Shown one piece after another: positions 10,132-19,487 of a DNA stretch of 64,000 bases (positions are counted from its first letter, which is position 1; every line of letters begins with the position of its first letter). The position numbers and the translations under genes are program-made. Source of the DNA: Candidatus Bathyarchaeota archaeon (lineage in GTDB: Archaea > Thermoproteota > Bathyarchaeia > Bathyarchaeales > Bathycorpusculaceae); contig CAVTBV010000012.1 of assembly GCA_963733095.1 (NCBI GenBank), positions 288,001 to 352,000 of the forward strand, given 5' to 3'. Below the pieces are notes generated by a model. It saw only the letters and a list, made by a program, of their open reading frames with translations. It made no database searches and had not been told where the DNA came from.

Positions 10132-11220
10132 TCACTTTATGCCCATCAGTAGAGCATAGTTACGCTCTATTTCCTTAAGAAGTATATCCTTGGTGATTGC
10201 GCTGCCTGTCTTGGCCATCGCTGCGATTGATGCACCGCCAGCGCCAACACCTTCCTTGACCAAGCCTGTTTCGTAGATTTGAAGGCCTGGATACTTTGAG
10301 GGACCAAAATCCAAGTCGGCTGCTAAAACTGGCACTTCACAGAACTGTTTTGCGATGCCACAGATGTCTGAGTTCTTGTCTTTTACAACCCACCTTGTGG
10401 TGCCAACAGCTACGTTACAGAGCGATTTGGGAGCCAAAGCGCTAATTATTGCTAAAACCGCGGTCATCTGGGTGCCGCCAGCCATCAGAACAGGTCCCTG
10501 TCTTGCGCCGCCTATGACTAATCCAGCCATCGCCGCCATCATGGGGTCGCCAACACAGGAAACTGCTTTTAGAGGGTTGTTTTTTAGGCTGCCGAATTTT
10601 TCTTTTGCCGCCTTCAAACCTGCCTCAACCACTTCTGCCTTGAGGCTATGGGGGTTTTGGGGCAGGGTGCTGCTGACTTTTCCCTGCGCATCCACACCTA
10701 ACGCTGAGAGAACGCCAAGCGCAGTTGTAGTTCCGCCTGGAATACTCTCGCCGATAACCAAATAATCAGACGCTTTCGCGAGTTGTTCGCCTAAAATCTT
10801 AGCGCGCTCCACGACTTCTTCGACGTTGTCAACTGAGTCGCCGCTTCGGATGTCTCTGCCGGAGCTGCCGCCTAAATCCACATAAGGAATCTGCGGCTTA
10901 ACCTTCACACCTCCATTAACCACCAACACTGGGATGTCACCTAAATGCAACGCCGACATCGTGATTAAGCCAGGTGTCGGAATCCCATCAGGGGTAATTG
11001 GGACACCTGCTATAGATTTGCATTTACCAAGCAAAAGCAGCTCCGCATCTGCAGGAGGCGTAAAATCTGTAAAATCCGGGTTCATCCCGGCGGCAGATAA
11101 ACCGGGGATTTTCGCCGTTTCTGTAGTTGCAATGGTGCAGAGGAATAGGGGTTTTTTGCCTTCGATTTCGTCTAAAAAGGCTTTTGCTTTAAGTTCATTA
11201 TTCGCAATCAGGACATCCAT
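10132..11220 (-). CDS. cobT: Archaeal-type nicotinate-nucleotide:lower-ligand phosphoribosyltransferase CobT
   Basis: TETAKIPGLSAAG, GESIPGGTTTA, GDPMM, AGGTQM and VKEGVGAGG motifs. Confidence 0.9.
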   Translation of the reverse strand: MDVLIANNELKAKAFLDEIEGKKPLFLCTIATTETAKIPGLSAAGMNPDFTDFTPPADAELLLLGKCKSIAGVPITPDGIPTPGLITMSALHLGDIPVLVVNGGVKVKPQIPYVDLGGSSGRDIRSGDSVDNVEEVVERAKILGEQLAKASDYLVIGESIPGGTTTALGVLSALGVDAQGKVSSTLPQNPHSLKAEVVEAGLKAAKEKFGSLKNNPLKAVSCVGDPMMAAMAGLVIGGARQGPVLMAGGTQMTAVLAIISALAPKSLCNVAVGTTRWVVKDKNSDICGIAKQFCEVPVLAADLDFGPSKYPGLQIYETGLVKEGVGAGGASIAAMAKTGSAITKDILLKEIERNYALLMGIK

Positions 11221-11231
11221 ATAGTTTCCCT

Positions 11232-11903
11232 TTACTTGGGCACAACTTTGAATTCCTTAATCTCTAAGTACCCAAAGCCGCCGTCAAGCTTAAGTCTCTG
11301 TGATTCAACAATTTCAACCTTTTTCTTGAAACCTGGCCCATCAGTTATGACTGTATGATATTCACCGCCTTCTCCGCAAGCATCTACATTGCCAAGTTTT
11401 AGGATATCGTCGTAGAATTGCCTATCGAGTACGCGTCCAAGCCAATCCACGCCAAGCAGTTCCAATTTGGTGCGGACTACAGTGGCTTTGAAGCCTGTTT
11501 TGAGGTAGTCGAGATAGATTTGTTTTGTGTCGCCCATCCACAGTGGCTTGACGGGTGTTAAGCCAACTTCTTTGCAGATGCGTCCAAGCCAACCTTCTTC
11601 ATGCCCAGCGACTTCATAGATGTCGCCAGTAACTAAGCCTTCCGCGCCTCGGGACTTGCACTCATAGAGCACGGCTTTGAAGTCGTTCTCGTAGGTCTGG
11701 GGGGATGTGGGTTTTTTTATCAGGGGAATCCCGATAGCTTCAGCTTGTGCGTCTAGGATGCCTGAGGGTATCATATGGAAGTTTGATTTGGTTTCGCTCA
11801 TCATCATAGTTAACAGGTTGATTACTTGGTGGCCTTGCTGGGTGGCCAGGTAGAATGCGTAGGCGCTGTCTTTGCCCCCACTCCATGAAGCAATAACTTT
11901 CAT
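11232..11903 (-). CDS. DUF71/Dph6-like ATP pyrophosphatase (diphthine-ammonia ligase family), copy 1
   Basis: SWSGGKDS PP-loop, TGDI, PLW and DACGEGGEYHT; first gene of the cobT-cobS-cobY operon. Confidence 0.85.
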   Translation of the reverse strand: MKVIASWSGGKDSAYAFYLATQQGHQVINLLTMMMSETKSNFHMIPSGILDAQAEAIGIPLIKKPTSPQTYENDFKAVLYECKSRGAEGLVTGDIYEVAGHEEGWLGRICKEVGLTPVKPLWMGDTKQIYLDYLKTGFKATVVRTKLELLGVDWLGRVLDRQFYDDILKLGNVDACGEGGEYHTVITDGPGFKKKVEIVESQRLKLDGGFGYLEIKEFKVVPK

Positions 11904-11913
11904 CTTAAATTTT

Positions 11914-12006
11914 CCTCCTATGTATCTTCACCGTTATCCGTTATTTGGGTTACGGGTTCAGGTGAAAGATGAAACTACATATTTATTGTAAACACACTTG
12001 TATAAA
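11914..12006 (-). promoter_or_regulatory. Promoter (TATA) and structured 5' leader with Shine-Dalgarno for the DUF71-cobT-cobS-cobY operon
   Basis: TTTATA on the minus strand at 12006-12001, a hairpin at 11919-11981, and GGAGG at 11918-11914. Confidence 0.5.
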
Positions 12007-12196
12007 TAACTGAGCTTTTACTATGCAAACAGCCACTTAACTTCCTTTTCGATAAAAGTTTGATTGGAATAACCCAAGTTTTATTGATGTTCAGCAAATC
12101 ACCATGCAGAGCATTTGGTAGTCAATGCACCCTTTTCCATGAGAGCAAGTGTAAACCACTCCGCACAACCCTTAAAACAGACTGCGTCTCTAAAAA

Positions 12197-12694
12197 ATGA
12201 GGTTAAAACCCATGACAAACCAAACCTCACCAATGTTAACTTACCTCGAAGGCAAAGGCATCACCCTAAAAAGCCTCATCGACAGCGCCCTCGAAATGTA
12301 TGTTCCCCACCCGGGCGTAGAAAACTTTGAAAAAGCAACACAAATGCTCAAAGAAGAATTCCTCGATATACTCACAGACGTCAACGTTAACACGCTCATT
12401 GTTGCCGCTTTCCATGCTCAGGAAGAAGCTGAGAACGGTCGGATTCCAGGCTTAACGAAGGAGAGGTTTTTGGGCAGACCCGGATTGGTTGCAGATGAAC
12501 TCATCGGCATAGCCATAGCAACATACATCGGAGGTTCCAAGGGTATGTTTGAGTTTGTACGGTTTGATCAAACAAAACCAGGCATCCTAAAGGAGTTGCC
12601 GCCGCTCACTAATGATGCAATCGGCGCGTTGGTAGCGGGTGCATCCTCGAATGTCTATACCAGAGCCCTGAAAAGTGCAGGCCTTCCACCGTAG
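12197..12694 (+). CDS. cobZ: Alpha-ribazole phosphatase CobZ (PgpA-like, archaeal)
   Basis: DVNV..LI.AA, LVADELIG.AIA.YIGG.KG.FEFVRFD..KPGIL..L motifs; divergent from the cob operon. The true start may be slightly downstream. Confidence 0.8.
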   Translation: MRLKPMTNQTSPMLTYLEGKGITLKSLIDSALEMYVPHPGVENFEKATQMLKEEFLDILTDVNVNTLIVAAFHAQEEAENGRIPGLTKERFLGRPGLVADELIGIAIATYIGGSKGMFEFVRFDQTKPGILKELPPLTNDAIGALVAGASSNVYTRALKSAGLPP

Positions 12695-12805
12695 AGACCA
12701 TTTTTTTCTCTTGACCGTGCAAGTCCCAGTTTCAGCAGCGCTTGCAATGGGTTTACCATAAGATTATAATACTATGTCGATTGAGGAACTACTTGTTGGG
12801 CTTCC

Positions 12806-13963
12806 ATGGTTCAAACTCAGCTCTGCATTGTTACACACACTTTTCTGCCGCATGTAGGCGGGATAGAGAAGGTGGTTAATGAACAAAGCAAGCGGCTGCG
12901 AACAAAAAACTTTGAGCCCACGGTAGTTACTAACAGGATAGGCACTCCCAAAAACTACAAGGTTGACGGGGTACCCGTCGAATGCTATGAATCCCTCAAC
13001 ACTGGCTTTAGGCTGGGAATTCCATATTCGATTCCAACTATTGCAAGTTTTCCAACTTTTATTAAAACAGTAAACAAGAGCAAAATAATCCACGCACACG
13101 GACACCCCTACCTAACCTCGCTCATCGCGGGTAAACTTGCCAAAATTTACGCTAAACCCTTGGTTTTAACCCAGCATAACACCTTCATCGAGTACAACAA
13201 CATGTTTGACACAGTCGAAAACTTGAACGACTTCACCGTTGGAAAACAAAACCTAAAAAACGCCGACAAAATAATCGCCATCAGCAACGCTACAAAAGAG
13301 TATGTTCTAAGGCTAGGTGCAAAACCAAAGAAGATAAGAGTTGTCTACAACGGTGTTGATTTGGTTAGGTTTCGACCCATAGCGGGAAAACGTGAGGAAA
13401 TGCAAAAAAAACTCGGAATCCCCAAAAACGCCATCGTCGTGTTGACTGTGCGACGGTTGGTTTACAAGAACGGTATTGACACATTAATCGACAGTGCGAA
13501 CATTGTGATTAAAAAGAATCGGCGGATTGTGTTTTTGGCTGTTGGGAAAGGTCCTGATTCGGACGATGTCAAGTTGAGGATACAGCAGTTGGGGATTGAC
13601 GGAAACTTCAAGCTCGCAGGCTTTGTCAGTGATGAGGATTTGCCGTTCTACTACAACGCGGCGGACTTGTTTGTGTTGCCTTCTAAGTCGGGTGAAGGGT
13701 TGCCTTTGGTCGCGATGGAAGCCATGGCATGTGGGCTACCGGTTGTCGCTACAGATGTGGGGGGAATACGAGAAGTGTTGATAAATGATTACGGAAAACT
13801 GGTGCCGCCCAACCAGCCAGAGCTGCTTGCAAGGGCAATTTTGGATTTTGCAGCGCTTGATTTTTCTTCACGCAAAAAAGACCTCCGTGCTATGATGGAA
13901 GAAAAGTTTAGTTGGGACACAAATGTTGCGAGACTTGTGGAAATATACGAAGAACTTATTTAA
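12806..13963 (+). CDS. Glycosyltransferase family 4
   Basis: PHVGGIE, VYNGVD and EGLPLVAMEAMACGLPVV (EX7E). Confidence 0.92.
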   Translation: MVQTQLCIVTHTFLPHVGGIEKVVNEQSKRLRTKNFEPTVVTNRIGTPKNYKVDGVPVECYESLNTGFRLGIPYSIPTIASFPTFIKTVNKSKIIHAHGHPYLTSLIAGKLAKIYAKPLVLTQHNTFIEYNNMFDTVENLNDFTVGKQNLKNADKIIAISNATKEYVLRLGAKPKKIRVVYNGVDLVRFRPIAGKREEMQKKLGIPKNAIVVLTVRRLVYKNGIDTLIDSANIVIKKNRRIVFLAVGKGPDSDDVKLRIQQLGIDGNFKLAGFVSDEDLPFYYNAADLFVLPSKSGEGLPLVAMEAMACGLPVVATDVGGIREVLINDYGKLVPPNQPELLARAILDFAALDFSSRKKDLRAMMEEKFSWDTNVARLVEIYEELI

Positions 13964-14007
13964 CCATGTAACGGAAACATATTAGCCTTTGAAATGGAAG
14001 TTAACTG

Positions 14008-14742
14008 ATGACGTCAAAAGTTGAAATGGTTTCGGTGGTAATTCCAACACTCAATGAAGCAGGAAACATTCAGGAAGCAATAGAAACCATCCAAAGCGAC
14101 CTTACCTATCCTAAAGAAATCATAGTTGTGGACGGTAATTCTACGGACGGGACCAAAGAAATCGTTCAGTCCCTGGGCTATTGCAGGCTTATCGTGGAGC
14201 CTCGCCGCGGGTACGGTTTAGCTTTGATGACTGGGATGAAGAACGCTAAGGGTAACATCATCATAATGGTGGATGGAGACGGCACATACGAGTTTCGTCA
14301 CATGAATCGCTTAATAGATGCCATGCTTGAAAAAAACGCTGACATGGTTTTAGCCACCCGCATGTACGACCCCAACAAAGCCATGGGACTCATGAACTTT
14401 ATCGGCAACAAAGTAATCACAACCTTCTACGATTTCTTCTTTAGCCAATTCCTCAGCGACACCCAATCAGGTTTCCGAGCTATATCCCATGAAGCCATCA
14501 ACAAGGTGGAACTCAAAGCATACGACATGGCTTACGCAACAGAGATGCTTATCCAATTCGCCAAGGAAGGCTACAGCATGATTGAGGTTCCCACAACCTA
14601 CAAAACCCGTAAGTATGGGAAACCTAAACTGAGAAGATTTAAGTCTGGAATAGAGATATTTAGCACTATGTTTAGAGGATTTCTGGATGCGGATACGTTT
14701 AGAAAGTGCCAGGAGAATTGGAAGCAAAATCGGGTTAAATGA
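14008..14742 (+). CDS. Glycosyltransferase family 2, DPM1-like (polyprenol-phosphate glycosyltransferase)
   Basis: VVIPTLNE, VVDGNSTDGT, DGDGTY and DTQSGFRA. Confidence 0.9.
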   Translation: MTSKVEMVSVVIPTLNEAGNIQEAIETIQSDLTYPKEIIVVDGNSTDGTKEIVQSLGYCRLIVEPRRGYGLALMTGMKNAKGNIIIMVDGDGTYEFRHMNRLIDAMLEKNADMVLATRMYDPNKAMGLMNFIGNKVITTFYDFFFSQFLSDTQSGFRAISHEAINKVELKAYDMAYATEMLIQFAKEGYSMIEVPTTYKTRKYGKPKLRRFKSGIEIFSTMFRGFLDADTFRKCQENWKQNRVK

Positions 14743-15208
14743 AGAAAAAGGCTATGCAGTCGCCATTTTTCTTGCTTTAATCATCGTTTCCGCGACAGTC
14801 TTAGGCTACTATTTTGTGCTAAGGCCACAGGCTGCACCCTACAATACCATCTATCTGTTGGACGCTGACAAAAAAGCTGTGGATTATCCGCAAACTTTAG
14901 TAGCGAACCAAAACAGTACTTTTAGCGTATATGTCGATGTAGAAAACCACATGACTACAACCGCAAGCTATCAAGTGCAAGTAAAAATTGCACAGAACCT
15001 CTCCACTTTCCCAGTGGATAATCAACCCATTCAAATCATAGAAACAGGCAATGTTAACAACAACGGAAAACCAATAGAAAAAACAGCAACTATCACAATA
15101 AACACGCTTGGAAGCTACTCTGTGGTCTTTGAACTCTGGCAACATAAAGACGGCACCCTCGAGTTCACTCAAGACTACTGCGTTCTAAACATTCAAGTGA
15201 TAAGCTAA
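14687..15208 (+). CDS. DUF1616-like membrane-anchored protein
   Basis: Single TM helix then a beta-rich domain with IYLL...DYP, VENH and VVFELW. Start uncertain because of the 56-nt overlap with the GT2. Confidence 0.65.
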   Translation: MRIRLESARRIGSKIGLNEEKGYAVAIFLALIIVSATVLGYYFVLRPQAAPYNTIYLLDADKKAVDYPQTLVANQNSTFSVYVDVENHMTTTASYQVQVKIAQNLSTFPVDNQPIQIIETGNVNNNGKPIEKTATITINTLGSYSVVFELWQHKDGTLEFTQDYCVLNIQVIS

Positions 15209-15295
15209 TTTTGCTTGCCTAATCTTTAAAACCCTAATAAGGTAGCTGTAGTTTTTTCGGAGATATGGGCATGTTAAGTCTTTTTCATAAAAGAA

Positions 15296-16765
15296 TTAGG
15301 ATGGCTTTTTGTGTCTTTGCGCATAAGCTTTCTCGATGGCTACTCGGTGGACGTTGTTATAGGCGCAGAACGGAATAATCTTGAGGTCTGGCGTAATATA
15401 ATGAACGACGCATCGGCGGACGCGGTTAACGTCGAAATTATAGGAATCCATGAATGCCATGCAACCCAACAAGAAGATTCTTCTTCGGATTTTGCCCAGC
15501 GACTGGTAAGAAGGCGCAAGATGCATACGCATAATTGACTTCATCAGAGTTGGCATGCCAACTTCTTTGGTAACCAGTAACATATCCATTGAAAGCATTG
15601 AAGCCATAAACAGCGATGAGAGAAGAGACATTTTGCCCTTAGATTCAGCTGTTTCGGCGGTTTTGCGGATGCTGTTGAAGAAGCGGTCAAAGTTTACGAA
15701 GCGGTTGATTGGGAACATTTTGCCGCTCTTGGAAACGTACACCCAGTTGACGATTCCGCATTGGGGACTGCAGGAGAAGAGGGGCCAGGGTTTCTGCATA
15801 AACTTACGCATGATTTTAATCGGCGAAGTCATCACGGACATGGGATATAGGTCAGTGGCTTTTACTTCACCGTTTGTTTGTTTTTCCACATCTTCGGCAA
15901 AGCTCCATTCGCGGAAGTTTTCTCGGAATGGGTTCTCGGTTGCTCTGCCCGTGAAGGCGATGGGTTGGAAGATTAAGCCGCGAACGATGTCAGTGTTTTT
16001 GGCGGCGAAATGTATCATGTCGCCGACTTCTGTGTCGTTGAGGCTTTTCATGAGGGTATTGACAAGGATGATTTCCATGTCGTATTTGCGGCAAACATCG
16101 ATTGCTTTGAGTTTCATATCTAAGAGTTCTCGTCCTCTAACTTTGCGGTTGAACTCTTCATGGAAACTGTCGAAGGACAAGTAAACGATGTTTAAGCCGC
16201 TGTCTTTGAGCCTCTTTGCTAAACCTGGTGTGTCAACGAGATGTGTCCCATTGGTTGCCAGAATAGTCATGAACTTTAATTGATGAGCAGCCGCGATGAT
16301 TTCTGGCATGTCCTCGCGTTCAAGGGGTTCGCCGCCCGAGAAAAGAATTGCAGGAGGTTTGGGGTTTGCTTTGGCTGCGAACTCTAGCATTTTTATGAGG
16401 GCTTCTTTGGTGGGTTCATAGTCTGCTTCTTGATTTGGAAAAGTGCTAAAGCAAACGGCACATTTGAAGTTACAGCGCTTAGTTACGTCGATTACGCCGA
16501 TGACTGTGCCAGATGCGTGTTTGTCGCAGGTTTCACATTTGTAGGGGCACCCTTCGGGGTTTTTGGGTGCAGTTAAGTCGCCAAGGTATTGGAACTGGTC
16601 GTACTTTTGCATGTGGTTGTAGATTGGTACGCTTTGCCAGTGGGTAGCATGGAATTCGCCGTGTTCAGGGCACTGCTTGCTTATTTGGATTTTACCGTTG
16701 GACTGGGCTAGTTGGGCGTCGATTTTCTTTTGGCATTCAGGGCAGATGCTTTTGGTTTCGCTCAT
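15296..16765 (-). CDS. tes: Tetraether lipid synthase Tes (MJ0619/GDGT-MAS family radical SAM)
   Basis: N-terminal CPEC...CPEHG, auxiliary CPYKCETCDKH, radical SAM CNFKCAVC, SGGEP, FSCSPQCG, and C-terminal CMAFMDSYNFDVNRVRRCVVHY...IIPFCAYN. Start at 16765 overlaps the UbiA stop (ATGA). Confidence 0.82.
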   Translation of the reverse strand: MSETKSICPECQKKIDAQLAQSNGKIQISKQCPEHGEFHATHWQSVPIYNHMQKYDQFQYLGDLTAPKNPEGCPYKCETCDKHASGTVIGVIDVTKRCNFKCAVCFSTFPNQEADYEPTKEALIKMLEFAAKANPKPPAILFSGGEPLEREDMPEIIAAAHQLKFMTILATNGTHLVDTPGLAKRLKDSGLNIVYLSFDSFHEEFNRKVRGRELLDMKLKAIDVCRKYDMEIILVNTLMKSLNDTEVGDMIHFAAKNTDIVRGLIFQPIAFTGRATENPFRENFREWSFAEDVEKQTNGEVKATDLYPMSVMTSPIKIMRKFMQKPWPLFSCSPQCGIVNWVYVSKSGKMFPINRFVNFDRFFNSIRKTAETAESKGKMSLLSSLFMASMLSMDMLLVTKEVGMPTLMKSIMRMHLAPSYQSLGKIRRRIFLLGCMAFMDSYNFDVNRVRRCVVHYITPDLKIIPFCAYNNVHRVAIEKAYAQRHKKPS

Positions 16766-17673
16766 ATTAACCATCCAAGGACAGCCTCAACGATGAGTGC
16801 AAGCGGCAACAGCATCATTGACATCGTTACCAAGCGTTCATACTTGCGTATATCTGCTATGGTTGAACTTGAAACGAATAACCGTATGGACGAGTAAATT
16901 AGCAGTACGCTCCAGAGTAGAATTAGCGGCAAGTAATAAAGTGTGAAATGCCCGGTGAATAAGGGAAGAGCAGGCAATGGCGCAAGCAATCCTGTGAGAA
17001 AGAAGAATATGCCACCAATTTTCGCTGCGCTAATCGCGCCGATTTTTTGGGGCAGTGTTGGGTAACCGACTTTTGAGTCGCCCTCCATGCTTAAAACGTC
17101 GCGGAGAACGTTGCCTCCTATGGTTCCGAGCGCGATTGGGTAGAGACTCAGGGAAACTAGAGTTATTGTGCCTGAAACGGTTGCTTGACCAAATATGAAA
17201 GCTGTACCAGTCAAGATGCCCATCAACAGGTTAGCTGCAAACCCTGACTTGCGTTTCACCATGTAAGAGTAAACCAAAAGCAGAAAGGAGTCCACAGCGA
17301 TTATGGCAAAACTCAACCAATTTATGAAAGCTGCCAAAAGCAAGCCTGATGCAAAGAGTGCACTGGTAACTGCAATGACTTGCTTCAATGTGAGGGCGCC
17401 TGATGGAATAGGTCGTTTGGGTTTGATGATTGCATCGCTTTCGCGGTCAAAATAATCATTTATGGCAAACCCTGCGGACGCGATTAACGCCATAGAAAAG
17501 AAGGTCAATAACTCCACAATCCCAAAGCCCAGACTGCCTATTGTGGTTTGTATGCTTGAAAAGTTGCCTTTTAGGATGGCGAATGCCGTTAGCACTGCCA
17601 AACCGCCGGTCATTAGCCAGTAGGGAAGCCGCAGCAGAGCAACTAAGGCTCTAGCTGACCTGGCAGAACTCAT
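16762..17673 (-). CDS. UbiA prenyltransferase, digeranylgeranylglyceryl-phosphate synthase-like
   Basis: INDYFDRESDAIIKPKRPIPSG first Asp-rich motif. The second motif is altered (NVLRDVLSMEGD). Many TM helices. Confidence 0.82.
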   Translation of the reverse strand: MSSARSARALVALLRLPYWLMTGGLAVLTAFAILKGNFSSIQTTIGSLGFGIVELLTFFSMALIASAGFAINDYFDRESDAIIKPKRPIPSGALTLKQVIAVTSALFASGLLLAAFINWLSFAIIAVDSFLLLVYSYMVKRKSGFAANLLMGILTGTAFIFGQATVSGTITLVSLSLYPIALGTIGGNVLRDVLSMEGDSKVGYPTLPQKIGAISAAKIGGIFFFLTGLLAPLPALPLFTGHFTLYYLPLILLWSVLLIYSSIRLFVSSSTIADIRKYERLVTMSMMLLPLALIVEAVLGWLI

Positions 17674-18614
17674 TGCTTAATTTTCCTGTCAGCGATGACT
17701 TCTTTGATGCTGTCTTCTAGGGTGACTTTGGGGGTCCAGCCGAGTTCTTTTTTGGCTTTGGATATGTCAAACCAAATTTTTGTTACGTCTCCCTGCCATG
17801 AGACTCCTGTGGTTGTCACCACGGTTTTGTCTTGGAGATTAAGGATGGTGAGTATCAATTTGGCTAATTCGATTATAGAAGTTGTTTTGCCAAGCCCCAA
17901 GTTGTAGACTTCGCTGTTAACATAATCCTCTGAACCCACCTTAACTAATGCCGCAACCACATCGGACACATGCACAAAATCGCGGCATTGCTGACCGGTA
18001 CCGATGATTTCAAGTTTGTTAGGGTTATTTGCTAGTTTATCAAGAAAGTCGTGGATCACGCCATGACATCGCAGTCCGTAAACGTTGGCAAACCGAGTAA
18101 TCACGATATCTAAGCCGTATTGTTCACGGTACATTTGGCAGTATTCTTCGCCCACCACTTTGGATAAGCCGTAACATGAGAAAGGGTGAAAACCATATGA
18201 TTCGGGAGTTGGAAACATGGTTGGATTTCCGTAAACTGCTGCGCTTGAGGCGAACACTACTTTTGCGTCATCTTTGCGGGCTTTTTCCAAAACACACAGC
18301 GTTCCCTTAGCGTTGGTCTCAAAATCAACAAGAGGGTTCTCCATAGAGTAACCGACGACAACTTGCGCAGCCAAATGATAGATTAAATCGCTCTTTGGTA
18401 GACTGCAGAGGGTTTTGAGGTCCAGTATGTCGCCCTTTACGAAGTTGGCTTTGTGCACATCCTCAACATTTTTCATCAGGCCGCTTGAGAGGTTATCATA
18501 AATCGTTAAATCATCAGTTAACTGAGACAGTTTACTGCAAAGGTGATAGCCTATAAAGCCTGCTCCACCAGTAACGAACACTTTTTTCCCTTTCAAATCA
18601 GCCATCCAAATCAC
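17670..18614 (-). CDS. NAD-dependent NDP-sugar epimerase/dehydratase (extended SDR)
   Basis: TGGAGFIG, HLAA, SSAAVYG, YGLSK, NVYG and RDFVHV. Confidence 0.92.
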   Translation of the reverse strand: MIWMADLKGKKVFVTGGAGFIGYHLCSKLSQLTDDLTIYDNLSSGLMKNVEDVHKANFVKGDILDLKTLCSLPKSDLIYHLAAQVVVGYSMENPLVDFETNAKGTLCVLEKARKDDAKVVFASSAAVYGNPTMFPTPESYGFHPFSCYGLSKVVGEEYCQMYREQYGLDIVITRFANVYGLRCHGVIHDFLDKLANNPNKLEIIGTGQQCRDFVHVSDVVAALVKVGSEDYVNSEVYNLGLGKTTSIIELAKLILTILNLQDKTVVTTTGVSWQGDVTKIWFDISKAKKELGWTPKVTLEDSIKEVIADRKIKQ

Positions 18615-18653
18615 GACAAAGCCTATATTCCCTATTGGTAAGGTTGTAGGTAT

Positions 18654-19487
18654 ATGTCGCCTGTGAAAACTATAAAAACTTTTAGGGATTTGCTATCTTT
18701 CCTCACCATCATTCCAGTTGGAGGAAAAGAAGATTTCATTTTCACGACGGCAGAGAACGTTTGGCTTTTTCCGTTGCTGGGCGGATTTATTGGTTTACTT
18801 GCTGGATTGTATTTTGTGGGTTCAAGCTTAATTGTGGGTTTTCTTTTAGATTTAATTCGAAGGGGGGTTGCTTTGCCAGTTGGGGTTTTCGCAACTTTGC
18901 TTCCTGCAGCCATGACGATAGCTTTCCTCAGCGTTATAACGGGACTTCAGCATTTCGACGGATTAATCGATTTAGGCAATGCCGTTGGCTTGCGGAATGT
19001 GCATGACCGCAAGATGGTAGCACACGCTTGGACAGTTACCTATTCCGGAGCTGTTTTAGCTTTGGTTGTCGAGTTTACTGCTTTCATAGGGCTATCTCTC
19101 GTTTTTAATCCATGGCTTGCCTTTGCTGCAGTATTGGCAGCTGAAGTGGCAGCCAAATTGTCGATGGTTACGATTGTTTGGGTGGGCAAACCCAGCCACA
19201 AGGGGCTTGGCTCGATTTTCTTGGCAAAAGCCAAAAGGAACCTCAACGCAGTCGCCTACTTGATTGCGGTTCTGGTTGTTTTCCCTGTTTTCACTCTTAT
19301 CGGTAATCCCCTTTTAGGGTTGGCGGGAGTGGGCATAGTTTTGGTCAGCATTCCGGTGGCGTTTGTTATGAGAAAAGTGTCGAATAACGTTTTTGGGGGA
19401 GTTTCGGGAGACATGATTGGAGCAACCAACGAAGTTGCTAGAGCAGTGACGCTGGTTTTGTTTGCGGTGGTGCTGTTGCTGACATGA
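18654..19487 (+). CDS. cobS: CobS-family membrane protein (copy 2, divergent)
   Basis: SFLTIIP, GLQHFDGLIDLGNA and GVSGDMIGATNE; some conserved Asp residues are lost relative to copy 1. Confidence 0.75.
   Translation: MSPVKTIKTFRDLLSFLTIIPVGGKEDFIFTTAENVWLFPLLGGFIGLLAGLYFVGSSLIVGFLLDLIRRGVALPVGVFATLLPAAMTIAFLSVITGLQHFDGLIDLGNAVGLRNVHDRKMVAHAWTVTYSGAVLALVVEFTAFIGLSLVFNPWLAFAAVLAAEVAAKLSMVTIVWVGKPSHKGLGSIFLAKAKRNLNAVAYLIAVLVVFPVFTLIGNPLLGLAGVGIVLVSIPVAFVMRKVSNNVFGGVSGDMIGATNEVARAVTLVLFAVVLLLT

Noticed and set aside
14731-14760. Possible frameshift at ATG AAG AAA AAG that would give MKKKGYAV as the DUF1616 start
   Set aside because: An in-frame ATG exists at 14687 and the alternatives cannot be separated without orthologs.
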